Of a DNA stretch of 64,000 nt, positions 1-9,600 are shown in pieces (within the stretch, counting starts at the first letter, position 1; each line of letters starts with the position of its first letter). Where the stretch lies: positions 32,001-96,000 of IMG/VR virus record IMGVR_UViG_3300035698_031273. One strand, given 5' to 3'. Under the pieces are notes generated by a model. That model did not search any database and was not told the DNA's origin. It saw only the letters and a list, made by a program, of their open reading frames with translations. Source of the stretch: a virus. The translations under genes were made by a program, and so were the position numbers.

Positions 1-483
1 AACTCTGATTTTGATCTAGATATTGGAGGTGAATGGATTAGGCATTTTGATGTAGAAATTAATAATGATGCTGAGCGTTTTTATACTCTTAATGGACTTC
101 TTCTTCCTCAAGATGTTTCTCCTAAGAAAAGAGAAGTTACTGGTTCTATGATTATTATGGGTCGTCATCCTAATTTATCTAGTCAGGCTCTTACTAATCA
201 AGAGCGTTGTACTGAAAGTACATGGGTTAAATTTGGATATCAGATATCAAATAGTCAGTGTGGAGCAGGTTTTTATTCTTGTTTACCAAATTCAGTTTTT
301 CAAATTGAAGAAATAGCATTAACAAACGATCTTTTTGAAACAACAGTAAATTTCCATAATTTTCCTGTGGCTCGACAAAGATTAAGTACAGAGTCTTATG
401 ATTTTAATCAGACTACTGGCTCAACAACTGATCCTGATCCTATGCTAAGATATATAAATGAGGATCCAGATTCATTTACATAA
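1..483 (+). CDS. Major tail tube protein, C-terminal part (gene starts before the window)
   Basis: Frame 1 is open from base 1 (NSDFDLDIGGEWIRHFDVEINNDAERFYTLNGLLLPQDVSPKKREVTGSM...). The 'F.V.INN..ER.YTL....P.D....KREVTGS' pattern is typical of tail tube proteins. It lies directly upstream of the chaperones and TMP. Confidence 0.8.
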   Translation, partial: NSDFDLDIGGEWIRHFDVEINNDAERFYTLNGLLLPQDVSPKKREVTGSMIIMGRHPNLSSQALTNQERCTESTWVKFGYQISNSQCGAGFYSCLPNSVFQIEEIALTNDLFETTVNFHNFPVARQRLSTESYDFNQTTGSTTDPDPMLRYINEDPDSFT

Positions 484-510
484 TTTATTATAATTTTTCT
501 CATTTTCTTT

Positions 511-538
511 AAAAATCCCGTATTTCACGGGGTTTTTT
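511..538 (+). terminator. Rho-independent terminator
   Basis: AAAAATCCCGT-ATTTC-ACGGGGTTTTTT hairpin with a U-tract, 27 nt after the tube stop codon. The flanking A-tract could make it bidirectional. Confidence 0.8.
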
Positions 539-678
539 ATCATGTTTGGTAGAAAATACCTATTTCTGTGTTTCTATGCATGGAAATATAAGTAATTAAA
601 TATCTTTTAAAATTTCTATTCTTTTGTGTTTTATTTTTTTTGTCGATAGATACTTAGTGTGTTTTAAGGAGAATCAAG

Positions 679-1125
679 ATGCTTTTGAATGATAGTTCCA
701 ATAATTTTATTATAGTTAAAGTTTACTATATGTATCGGGAAGATGAATTTGGTAAACGTGTAGTTGTGGTTTCTGATAAAAAAGCTGAAGAAATGCTTTC
801 AAATATTGATGAGGCTAATAAGAAACAGGTGCAGATATTATCTACTCAGTGGAGACAACTTTCTTGGAAGGACCAGAAAGTCATTGTTAAGCAATCTGCT
901 AGTATTTCTGATCCTGTTACAGGTAGTGTAAATTTTGATTTATATGGTTTTAGAGACGCTAGGATTAAGGCCTGTCTTAAAAAGTGGAATTTGACTGATG
1001 ATGAACAAAATCCTATTCCAGTTACACCTGAAAATATTGATTTTTTACCAGCAGATATTGTTTTTGCTTTACAGGCTAAATTTGATGCTGCAGTGGAGGT
1101 CAGCGAAGAGGAAATGGGAAAATAG
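679..1125 (+). CDS. Tail assembly chaperone (gpG-like)
   Basis: 148 aa, AAGGAG RBS, located between tube and TMP. Has a 'KKWNLTDDEQNPIPVTPENIDFLP' chaperone-type motif and ends in a slippery G GGA AAA. Confidence 0.8.
   Translation: MLLNDSSNNFIIVKVYYMYREDEFGKRVVVVSDKKAEEMLSNIDEANKKQVQILSTQWRQLSWKDQKVIVKQSASISDPVTGSVNFDLYGFRDARIKACLKKWNLTDDEQNPIPVTPENIDFLPADIVFALQAKFDAAVEVSEEEMGK
1116..1122 (+). other. Programmed -1 ribosomal frameshift site GGGAAAA
   Basis: ATG GGA AAA TAG gives an X XXY YYZ heptamer in the correct phase. The -1 frame reads ATA GCA GAG GCC ATG... without a stop into ORF 1134..1325. Confidence 0.85.
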
Positions 1126-1325
1126 CAGAGGCCATGAGTGCTTTAGCTGGTGGCCGTAGTGTTCCATGTTCAAATCCTTGTATTTCAGAATTTTTGTTGG
1201 CAAAAGAATTTCACTGGACTCTAAAAGAGATAGATGAAACACCTTATGAGAAGATAAAGCTTTTTCTTGATATGTTATCCATTTATAATAGAGTCCAAAA
1301 TAGTGCTAATAAGAGTAAAAAATGA
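1122..1325 (+). CDS. gpT-like frameshift extension (gpGT fusion, about 215 aa in total)
   Basis: -1 frame continuation IAEAMSALAGG...EFLLAKEFHWTLKEIDETP, a 'LA.EF.WT..EI..P' pattern typical of gpT segments. No clear RBS for ATG 1134. Confidence 0.8.
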   Translation: MAEAMSALAGGRSVPCSNPCISEFLLAKEFHWTLKEIDETPYEKIKLFLDMLSIYNRVQNSANKSKK

Positions 1326-1444
1326 ATGATTTATTAATATTTTTGTTTATAAGGGAATTTTATTTAACATTGGAAGAAATAAAAAAAATACCAAGTAATA
1401 TGGTGAGAGAAATGATTTTGTTATTAAGAAAGGAAAATTTATGA
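1322..1444 (+). CDS. 40-aa stand-alone gpT-like paralog (not in the ORF track)
   Basis: Manual translation gives MNDLLIFLFIREFYLTLEEIKKIPSNMVREMILLLRKENL*. ATGA overlaps at both ends (1322-1325, 1441-1444). Aligns with EFLLAKEFHWTLKEIDETP. Confidence 0.7.
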   Translation: MNDLLIFLFIREFYLTLEEIKKIPSNMVREMILLLRKENL

Positions 1445-1863
1445 TTAGTGTATTGGTAAAAGAAAACGAAGAAATAACAGTAAAGATTGTTATTGGTGCT
1501 AATAAAGATGGAAATATTTATTGTGAGCCATTTAGAGACAAAGAAGAACTAGTGAAGTTTCTTGGTGAGGACATTAAAGGAGAAATAGAAGAACATATGG
1601 TTATTTTTAGGAGACCAAGTTCTAAAGACATGAAGGAAATATCTGCTGATGTATTTAGTTTTGGAGGAGAAGGTGATATAGGTTTTAATCCTTTGGCTGC
1701 TCGGTTTGCTAAAATGAAAAAACTTATAAAATCATGGTCTTTTTTTGATGAACAGGGAAATAAAATTGCTGCTACTGCTGATAATATCTCTTCTTTAAAT
1801 CCTGCTATTGGCAATGTTTTAGGAGCAGAATTAGATTCAGCAACAGGTGGATTAATTAGATAG
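1441..1863 (+). CDS. Second tail assembly chaperone paralog (gpG-like)
   Basis: 140 aa. RRPSSKD...KLIKSWSFFDEQGNKIAATADNISSL aligns with RQLSWKD...ACLKKWNLTDDEQNPIPVTPENIDFL of 679..1125. Confidence 0.7.
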   Translation: MISVLVKENEEITVKIVIGANKDGNIYCEPFRDKEELVKFLGEDIKGEIEEHMVIFRRPSSKDMKEISADVFSFGGEGDIGFNPLAARFAKMKKLIKSWSFFDEQGNKIAATADNISSLNPAIGNVLGAELDSATGGLIR

Positions 1864-1864
1864 T

Positions 1865-2263
1865 TCACCTGCCTGTTATTTTTCCAAGAAAGCCAGATAT
1901 GACAGTTCCCGCATAGAAGATAAGTAGAAGTATTAAATATCCTACCAATTGTATTTCTTTGGCGGAACAAGGCCACTCCCATATCCATACACAAATAACT
2001 GTTAATATCCATATGAGAAATGTGGGAATCCATGATCGTGTTACAAATATTAATAGAAAACTAAAAACAATAACTAAACAGAGACGGTCAAAGTGAAAAT
2101 CTTCTATTTCTTCATCTTCTTGTAGTGTCCATCCTTGTTTGATATCATGTCCGAGTTCCACCATCTCAGGATCATTTTTGCATTCTCCATAAGCCCACCA
2201 CATGACAACAATGAACAGAACTACTGCTCCTATTTTTGTAATTATTCCTAGTTTTGTTTCCAT
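1865..2263 (-). CDS. Small multi-pass membrane protein, paralog 1 (moron-like)
   Basis: 132 aa, about 4 hydrophobic helices, GAGGT RBS. Shares METKL, WW.Y, WT.QEDE..ED.H..RL and IW.WP...KE with 2344..2730. Confidence 0.8.
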   Translation of the reverse strand: METKLGIITKIGAVVLFIVVMWWAYGECKNDPEMVELGHDIKQGWTLQEDEEIEDFHFDRLCLVIVFSFLLIFVTRSWIPTFLIWILTVICVWIWEWPCSAKEIQLVGYLILLLIFYAGTVISGFLGKITGR

Positions 2264-2320
2264 TTTTACCTCTGGTTTTATTGCCTTTTATTTCATTTCT
2301 CTATTTTAATAGGTTTTCTT

Positions 2321-2338
2321 ATATAATGCTGGAAAATT
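2321..2338. promoter_or_regulatory. 18-bp motif ATATAATGCTGGAAAATT, copy 1
   Basis: Identical to three copies at 2793-2940; lies about 58 bp upstream of the minus-strand gene starting at 2263. Confidence 0.6.
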
Positions 2339-2343
2339 TTAAA

Positions 2344-2730
2344 TTATTTATTAAAAATGCCTTTTATAGCAGCTCCAAATACAAGAACAAGTCCTATTGC
2401 AAGAAATGCAGCAATTTCTAATTCTTTAAAAGTTAAAGGCCATTTCCATATTGCTACAGAAAGAATAATTAATGCCCATAAAGAAACTACAAAGCCAGGA
2501 GATATAAACAATAAAATAAAACTAATTCCCATTAACAAGAATAAACGTCCTAGATGAACATCTTCTGTTGTTTCATCTTCTTGTTGAGTCCATTCTTCTG
2601 TAGCAATATTTGCAATAGGAGCCAAGTCAGGCCACACTGCTTTATATCCCCACCATATGGCAATTATGAATAAAATTGGCACTCCTATTATAAGACAGTA
2701 GTTTTTGATTACTTCTAATTTAGTTTCCAT
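2344..2730 (-). CDS. Small multi-pass membrane protein, paralog 2 (moron-like)
   Basis: 128 aa, about 4 hydrophobic helices; tandem paralog of 1865..2263. Confidence 0.8.
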   Translation of the reverse strand: METKLEVIKNYCLIIGVPILFIIAIWWGYKAVWPDLAPIANIATEEWTQQEDETTEDVHLGRLFLLMGISFILLFISPGFVVSLWALIILSVAIWKWPLTFKELEIAAFLAIGLVLVFGAAIKGIFNK

Positions 2731-2792
2731 TTTTTTACCCTTTATTTAGGTTTTTTATTTTAGCATCTTTCTCTACATATATCAATTGAATC

Positions 2793-2940
2793 ATATAATG
2801 CTGGAAAATTATAGAATTTTGCCCAAAAATAATGAAAAAACTGCATTTTTACTCAAAAATAAGGCATTTTTCATATAATGCTGGAAAATTTCACATTTTA
2901 ACATAAATAAATGGGGTTTTTTATATAATGCTGGAAAATT
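2793..2940. repeat. Three direct copies of ATATAATGCTGGAAAATT (2793-2810, 2873-2890, 2923-2940)
   Basis: Exact 18-bp repeats with periods of 80 and 50 bp in the divergent intergenic region. TTTTACTCAAAAA also recurs (about 2847 and 2946). Confidence 0.85.
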
Positions 2941-3033
2941 CCTAATTTTACTCAAAAAGAGGGATTTTTCAGAAAAAATTAAAATAAAAGGGTAGGAAAT
3001 TTCTTTAAAAAATTCTTTGAGGATTAATTTATT

Positions 3034-6000
3034 ATGCCAGAAGATGTAAGTAAAAATATAAATTATAATATAGAAGCTAATCTTAAATCTGTAGGTTTTG
3101 GTAAGGCTACTGGTGATGTTAACAAAGTTTTAGAGGAGATGAAAAAACTAAATATCGTTAATAAAGCAGCACAAAAAATTTATGGAGATACAGGAAAATC
3201 TATTGTTAAGATGGCCAGAGACAATGTAAGAAGTTCTAAAAATACTTCTAAGGCTACGAAGGAATTAACCGAACATACAAAAGGCTATAGGAGAGAAATA
3301 AATGTCTTAACAAGATCAGTAAAAAATGCTATTGGCTCTATTACTAAAATAGGGGTTGCATTAGTAACAGCTGGTGAAATAAATATTAGAGGTTTCAAGA
3401 CTTTACAGGAATTAAACAAGTCATATATTAAAGTATCTGGCTCTGCTTTAAAATATGGAATTGGCTTGGGTGAAGTTGAGGCCATGTCGAAGCGAGCTAT
3501 TAATACAATGGGATTAACTCGTAAAGAAGCACTTGAATTGTTTGATGTTTTTCAGAAAGGATTTGTTGGAGTAAGTACTATAGGAGTTAAGGGTTTTGAA
3601 AAGATATCTTCAAATATTAGAAATGTTGTAGGTCCAGATTTACAAGCCATTACAGCAGCATTCGGAGAAATAAATGCAATAACTCAAAGATTGCCTAGTA
3701 CACTTTCTTTGTTTGAAAATGTTAAAGACCCAGCCATTAATAAAAATTTGAGAGAATCTATTACTTTATGGCAATTAAGTGGAACCATGACTAGAGAATC
3801 AGCAAATATGATGCGTGATTATATTACACAGGGTCAGCAATTAACGGAATTTGAAAAAGCAGAACGAGAAGAACTGAAAAAAAGTCAAGCGGTGTTTCAA
3901 AAGTTTAAGGAAATTGCTATAATCGTTGGATCAGGAGTAGCCAAGGCATTAATGCCTATCTTTGAGGAAATATCTTCTTGGATGAAAAAGTTTAGAGAAG
4001 GACCTACTTTAGGAGACATGTTTGAGAAGTTTAAAGAAAAAGTAGAAGAGACAGTGCCTCATTTAAAGAAATTTGCTCAGGCTATTGCTTACTTAGGGTT
4101 AGTTGCATGGTTAGCAAAAGTTGCTGTTGGAGCAATGCTGGTAGCAAAGGCTATTGCTGCAATTGGATTTACACCGCTTCTTATAGGTATTACCGCTGCT
4201 GTTGCGGGCTTTTTTGCACTTAAAGCAGCATGGGATCATTTTTTCGGCAGCAAAGGTATGGATAAAATGTTAGAAGGGCAAAAAAAACAAGCTGAGCAAA
4301 CCAAAAAACAAAAAGAGATTGAAGAAGAGAGGCAAAAAGAAGCATTAAAAGCTGCTCAAGCTATAGGACAAGCAGAGTCAGATAGAGCCGCTGCTATTGT
4401 AGCAAGAACTCAGCTTAGTCAGAAATCAATAGATGCTCAAAAAAGTGAGTTGTCTAGTCTGGTGAAATATATGCAGATGACTAATAGAATTTCTACCGAA
4501 GAACTTATGATAAAACGAGATAAAATATTAAAAGAAATTACATATCAGATAGGTCGTCAAGAAATAATTATACAAAATGCTAAAAAAATTCTAGCTAGTG
4601 AAACAGCTACTGCTGATCAAAAAAAAGAGGCAGGAACATCAGAATCTAATGCAATTGCAAAAATAAATACATTAAGGGTAGAAGAGTTAACCACAGCAGA
4701 AAGCATTATGCCAGTTTACCAAACAAGATTAGATATTGTTAGTAAAGAAGCTAATTTGATGGGATCAATGGTACAATTGGTAGACAATTATGCTATTGGT
4801 GTTGGAGCTTCAGCAAAAATGAGAATGCAAGCAGTTTCTGCCTTAGACAAACAAATGAAAGTTCTTAAAGACGAAATGAAAATAGCTGAAGATTTGTATG
4901 AAAAGAATGGGGATTTATATGCCCTTCAGAGTAGAATGCTTGATTTACAGAACCAACAATTGCAAGTCCAGATGAAACAAGCTTCAATGGTAAAAACTTT
5001 ACGTGATGGATGGATCGAAGCTATTGGAGCTATGAATACTGGAGCCGGAAGATATTCTAAGATAATTATGGATGCCAATCAAAATACTGCTCAATTAATA
5101 AAATTTGGGGGTATTATTTCTTCTCGTTCTGGTTCTTATGATCCTGAAGCTGGCTATAGAACTGCTGCTAGATATTCTGCTAATCAACAGGGAGGTTTTA
5201 CTGCTCCTCAATATGGAGTTGGAGGTCAAGGAGGTTTTGCTTATCGTACTCCTACTACTCCACTTGAAGCACTTATGTTGGAGCAAACAAAACGTATGGA
5301 AGCCGCTGGTCTTGCTGCTTCTTATGGTGAAGCCATTTCTGCAGGAAAAGGTAATCAAGAAGGACAGGCTCTTTCTCAACATCCTTATAAAGAAGCTTAT
5401 ATGAATTCTGGTGGAGGTCAAATGGGTGGTGGAGCATCGAAAAAAGTAGAGGACAGCAGAAAAATATATAATGATAGAATGGCGGCTAATTTAGGAATAC
5501 CGACATCTAAAAAAACAAAATCTGAAGATGAAATAGAGGGTAGTAAAACAGATATAGAAAAAATTGTAGCAGAATTAGTTAAAATATCAACTGATAAAGT
5601 AGAAATTAATGGAAAAAATATAAGTTTTTCACCAACAGGAGGAGTTTCACCAACGGGAACAGTTTCACAAGTTCCGCCTCCTACTCCTACTGAATTAGAA
5701 GCAGCATCTCAAATAACAGGAACATTACCAGTAACAAAAGCTAAGCCTATCGGACCAGAGATGACAGGTGAAGTTGAATATAGTAGTTCTGGTGCAATTA
5801 GTAGTGCTGGTATTCCTCGGGGTTTGACGGTAGGAGGTGTGGAATATAGCCAAAAACAAGCAGAACAATATAGACAGATAAAGGCACATAAACTTTCTCC
5901 TGAAATAGAGGAAAAAATACGTACTACTGAAGGAGAACCACGTTTACAGGAAATTAAAGAGAAACTTGCTGCCGAACGAGATGTGTGGTTTACACAACTT

Positions 6001-6600
6001 GAGAATCTTGTATCTTCAGGAAATGCAGGAGGACGAACAGAACAAGAGGTTCAGGTAGAAATGAAAAGGCTAAAAAATAGCGGTTGGGGTGGGTTATATA
6101 ATACTTTATTGACCGACGACGCACTGAGAAATAAAGCTAGTAAAAGATTAGAACAAAGAACTCAAAAAGAGGAATCTATGTCTCCTTCAATGAGAACAAG
6201 AGAAGCAGGACAGTTTGATCCGGATATAAATAGAAGCGTTATGGCTGCTGATGCCGCTATTGCCTCAGATGAAGAAGATAAATATAACAAAGATATTGCA
6301 CGGGAACAAAAATATCTTAAATCACAAGATGTTGTGCAGCAGATGAGACAAGCAGCAAATGTAAGAGTAGATGAACATCGGCAACAATGGGAAGGACAAA
6401 ATTCATCTTTTACTCCTTTTGATACAAATAATAATGTTGTTCATGTTAAATCAGATCCGGTTTCTGTTAATTTGAAATTAACCGATCTTTTTAAATTTCT
6501 TAAAACTTTTGACAATCGTGTTGCATCTACTATTGAGAGTGCGTCTACTGTGGCGGTAGAAAATCATATTGCTAAAAATGCTGATGGTTTAGTTTCATAA
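3034..6600 (+). CDS. Tape measure protein
   Basis: 1188 aa, helical Ala/Lys/Gln-rich, with a hydrophobic stretch near aa 350-400 and coiled-coil segments; follows the chaperones; GAGGA RBS. Confidence 0.85.
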   Translation: MPEDVSKNINYNIEANLKSVGFGKATGDVNKVLEEMKKLNIVNKAAQKIYGDTGKSIVKMARDNVRSSKNTSKATKELTEHTKGYRREINVLTRSVKNAIGSITKIGVALVTAGEINIRGFKTLQELNKSYIKVSGSALKYGIGLGEVEAMSKRAINTMGLTRKEALELFDVFQKGFVGVSTIGVKGFEKISSNIRNVVGPDLQAITAAFGEINAITQRLPSTLSLFENVKDPAINKNLRESITLWQLSGTMTRESANMMRDYITQGQQLTEFEKAEREELKKSQAVFQKFKEIAIIVGSGVAKALMPIFEEISSWMKKFREGPTLGDMFEKFKEKVEETVPHLKKFAQAIAYLGLVAWLAKVAVGAMLVAKAIAAIGFTPLLIGITAAVAGFFALKAAWDHFFGSKGMDKMLEGQKKQAEQTKKQKEIEEERQKEALKAAQAIGQAESDRAAAIVARTQLSQKSIDAQKSELSSLVKYMQMTNRISTEELMIKRDKILKEITYQIGRQEIIIQNAKKILASETATADQKKEAGTSESNAIAKINTLRVEELTTAESIMPVYQTRLDIVSKEANLMGSMVQLVDNYAIGVGASAKMRMQAVSALDKQMKVLKDEMKIAEDLYEKNGDLYALQSRMLDLQNQQLQVQMKQASMVKTLRDGWIEAIGAMNTGAGRYSKIIMDANQNTAQLIKFGGIISSRSGSYDPEAGYRTAARYSANQQGGFTAPQYGVGGQGGFAYRTPTTPLEALMLEQTKRMEAAGLAASYGEAISAGKGNQEGQALSQHPYKEAYMNSGGGQMGGGASKKVEDSRKIYNDRMAANLGIPTSKKTKSEDEIEGSKTDIEKIVAELVKISTDKVEINGKNISFSPTGGVSPTGTVSQVPPPTPTELEAASQITGTLPVTKAKPIGPEMTGEVEYSSSGAISSAGIPRGLTVGGVEYSQKQAEQYRQIKAHKLSPEIEEKIRTTEGEPRLQEIKEKLAAERDVWFTQLENLVSSGNAGGRTEQEVQVEMKRLKNSGWGGLYNTLLTDDALRNKASKRLEQRTQKEESMSPSMRTREAGQFDPDINRSVMAADAAIASDEEDKYNKDIAREQKYLKSQDVVQQMRQAANVRVDEHRQQWEGQNSSFTPFDTNNNVVHVKSDPVSVNLKLTDLFKFLKTFDNRVASTIESASTVAVENHIAKNADGLVS

Positions 6601-6623
6601 CATTTCTTTTTTAGGTAGTTCAT

Positions 6624-9600
6624 ATGGCTATTGTTTGTAAGGCAGAAGGATTTTTGGCTTATAATTCATCTGATTTAATTCCAGATGGATATATATGGCC
6701 CATTTTAAATAAAGAACACCCTGTTGGTGGTGTCAGGCAAAATGATTTAGATAATCCAGATGAAGGTGTCTCTTTTACTTACGAAAGAGATGCTGATGGT
6801 AATGTAACAGGAATAATTGAAAAAAGAAAACAATTGCCATGTTCATCTATAAATATTGAATGTATTTTTGGAAAACAGATGACAAATCAAGGGGGAACCC
6901 TTGTAGAACCAGGTACTTTTTTTGGGACTCCTGCTGGTAGTATAATAGCGGGATCTCTTCTTACAGGAGTTATGACAGGAGCACCATCACAAGGAACATC
7001 TAATTTTATTTTTCATATATGTGCAACAGAAACCAGATTTAATGTTCCTGTTAAAATAACTGAAGAAATTTTACAAACAGGTATATTTGAATTACCCTAT
7101 TATCCAATGTCAGTATTTGCTGTTGTTAAAGAATTTGTCGACCCCAATGACGAAACAGATACTGTTCCACATGGTTTGAAGTTCACAGATGCACAATTAT
7201 CTCAACTAGGATTATCTGAGACACGTAGACAGTATTTTAAAATAAAAGGGGTTACAGATTATAAGGGACGTTTTGGTGGAGTATATGGTAGTGCTGCTGG
7301 ACAACCACCACAATATGGCACTCCTGAAGCAGTAGATAGTATTTCTCCAGATTTATTTTTAGAAATTATAAGAGATAATAGAAAACTTAAATTTAGAGGA
7401 GATAATCCAGATGGAGGAGTTATATCTGGTTTACCTGTTGCCTCTACAACACAGAATGACATTACTGATAAAAAAATAAAAATAAATACTGATGGTCTAA
7501 CTGAAGAAGATTTAGGAAAAAAACTTTATATTACTATGTGCTTAGGGAGAGATAGATATGTTAGACATGTTGTTTCTCATCGTGGTAATGCTATTAACGC
7601 TGGTTCTGTTGGTGGTTCTGGAACAGCAGGCATTTTTTCTATAGGATTTGTAGTAGATGCATGGAATTATCAATTGTGTCAATGGATGGTTCCCAAGGGA
7701 GATCCTTCATTTAATGATAGTGATTCAGAATTTAAAGTTCCTTACTCATCTTTTCCTGCTCCAGTAACTGGAGAAACACTTGCTTCTCGTGTGGGAGAAT
7801 CAGATAGTTATGACGTAATAGAAGGATGGAGATTATCTGAAGGTATAACATATAAAACTTCAAAAATGTGGGCAGCAGATAAAAGGGGTATTATATTAAT
7901 TACCATAGAACATGGTCAAGTTAAACAAGCAACAGATACTATTATATTTCCCAGAGACCAAATAAGAGACCAAAATTGGTTTGATAATTATTTAAAGGAA
8001 AATAATTTAGAACAAGAAAATATTTCTTTATTTTCTGTTCAAGATGTTACTGGAATATTATATGATATTAGTGATATCAATAATACTCTTTTATATGATC
8101 AAGAAAAAATACCATATTATAGACCATTTGCGTTAGCACTTCAAAATGTAAGTAAATATTCTACAGACGATAGTCAGAGTGGTGTAGGAATAGTAAATCT
8201 TGATATTGTTAATAATAACTTACAAGTAGATGGTTCTTTTTATGATTTATCTAATTCATTATTTAAATCTACTCCTATGAGTTCTTATTTGGCTTCTGAC
8301 TCTACAGCAGGAGAAATGGGATATTCTGGGTTTGGTTGTACATTTATAGATGACAAAGGTAGTTATTTTGCAGGAAGCAATCCGTCTAATCAAACTACTT
8401 TTAGTCTGTATGTTCCAACAGGATTTATTATTGAGTCAGACTGGAGATTATTTAGTCCAGAATTTTATGGAAAATTTAGCAATAAAACAAGAATATATGT
8501 TGAAGATTTTTCTGGAGATGTTACTAGTCAACTTAGTAATTTATTTGTAAAGACAACTCCTATTATTGAGGGAGCTATATCTGTAGATCATAATTATTTT
8601 AGAGACGCAATATTAGTATTTGAAGATAATAAACTTAACGAGTGTATTTCTTTTCAATATTTTCCAAGAAGAAGTTATAAAAAAATAAGAAACAGATTAA
8701 CTTATAATAAAAATTTAAGTCATAATGTTCTTCCTTTTAATCATCATGATTTTTTAGGGGTTGGTTACGATAGATTAATAGGAACTATTCCTAGTTATAG
8801 CGTTGGGCGTCCTGCTTCTGTTGATTATTTTTATGCTTGCAATCCCCATCTTTCGGGAACATCTTATGATGAAATATATACTAAGAAAGTATTAGTTGAT
8901 GAAGGTCAAGTTAATTATATTGCTCCTGATAAAATAAGTATTGATATTGATGAAATTGATTTATTTCGTTCTCTTCAAATAACCTATTATTGTCATAATG
9001 TAGTAAATCTTTCAGAGGATCAAAAAAATATTTCTTTGCAATTTACCAGTACTAATACTGTAATTAATAATGTATACATGCCATTTTCTATGTCTACTTC
9101 TTCTTTTCCTAATCTTTTAATTATAGATTGTCGTTTTTATCGAGGAGGCCCTATTATATTAGAAGGGGAAATATTAAGATATGTAACTATACAAAAGATA
9201 GAAGCCATTACCATGGAACAGAATACTTTTTTTAAGTATAAGGTAGATGGTAAACAGCCTTCTATGATATATAGTGGGGATAATAAAATTGCAGTACTTT
9301 ATTCAGACAAGATGAATAATCTTTCTATAACTATTAGTTATGATAATGGGCTTAGCTGGTTTAATTATCAGGGTATCATTAGATTAGCAAAGGGAGAAAC
9401 TGCTAGTTTGCCATACATTGTTCATGATGATGTTATGAGTTTTATCCATTTGTTTTATGTTTTGAATAATAAATTTTTAATGTATCGGCAAGTAAATTTA
9501 AATGATCTTGTCTGTGAAGATTCTTTTTTAACATACAATCCTCCTGATTTAATAGGTCCAAATATTTCAGATGATGAAATTCAAGGAATAAATTTAGATG

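Noticed and set aside
542-595. 17-codon ORF after the terminator
   Set aside because: No RBS and no similarity to anything in the window.
2793-2940. 18-bp repeats as a CRISPR array
   Set aside because: The repeat is too short, the spacers are unequal (62 and 32 bp) and similar to each other, and there are no cas genes.
5628-5670. Short tandem repeat in the TMP (SPTGGVSPTGTVS)
   Set aside because: Low-complexity coding linker with no evidence of a separate function.
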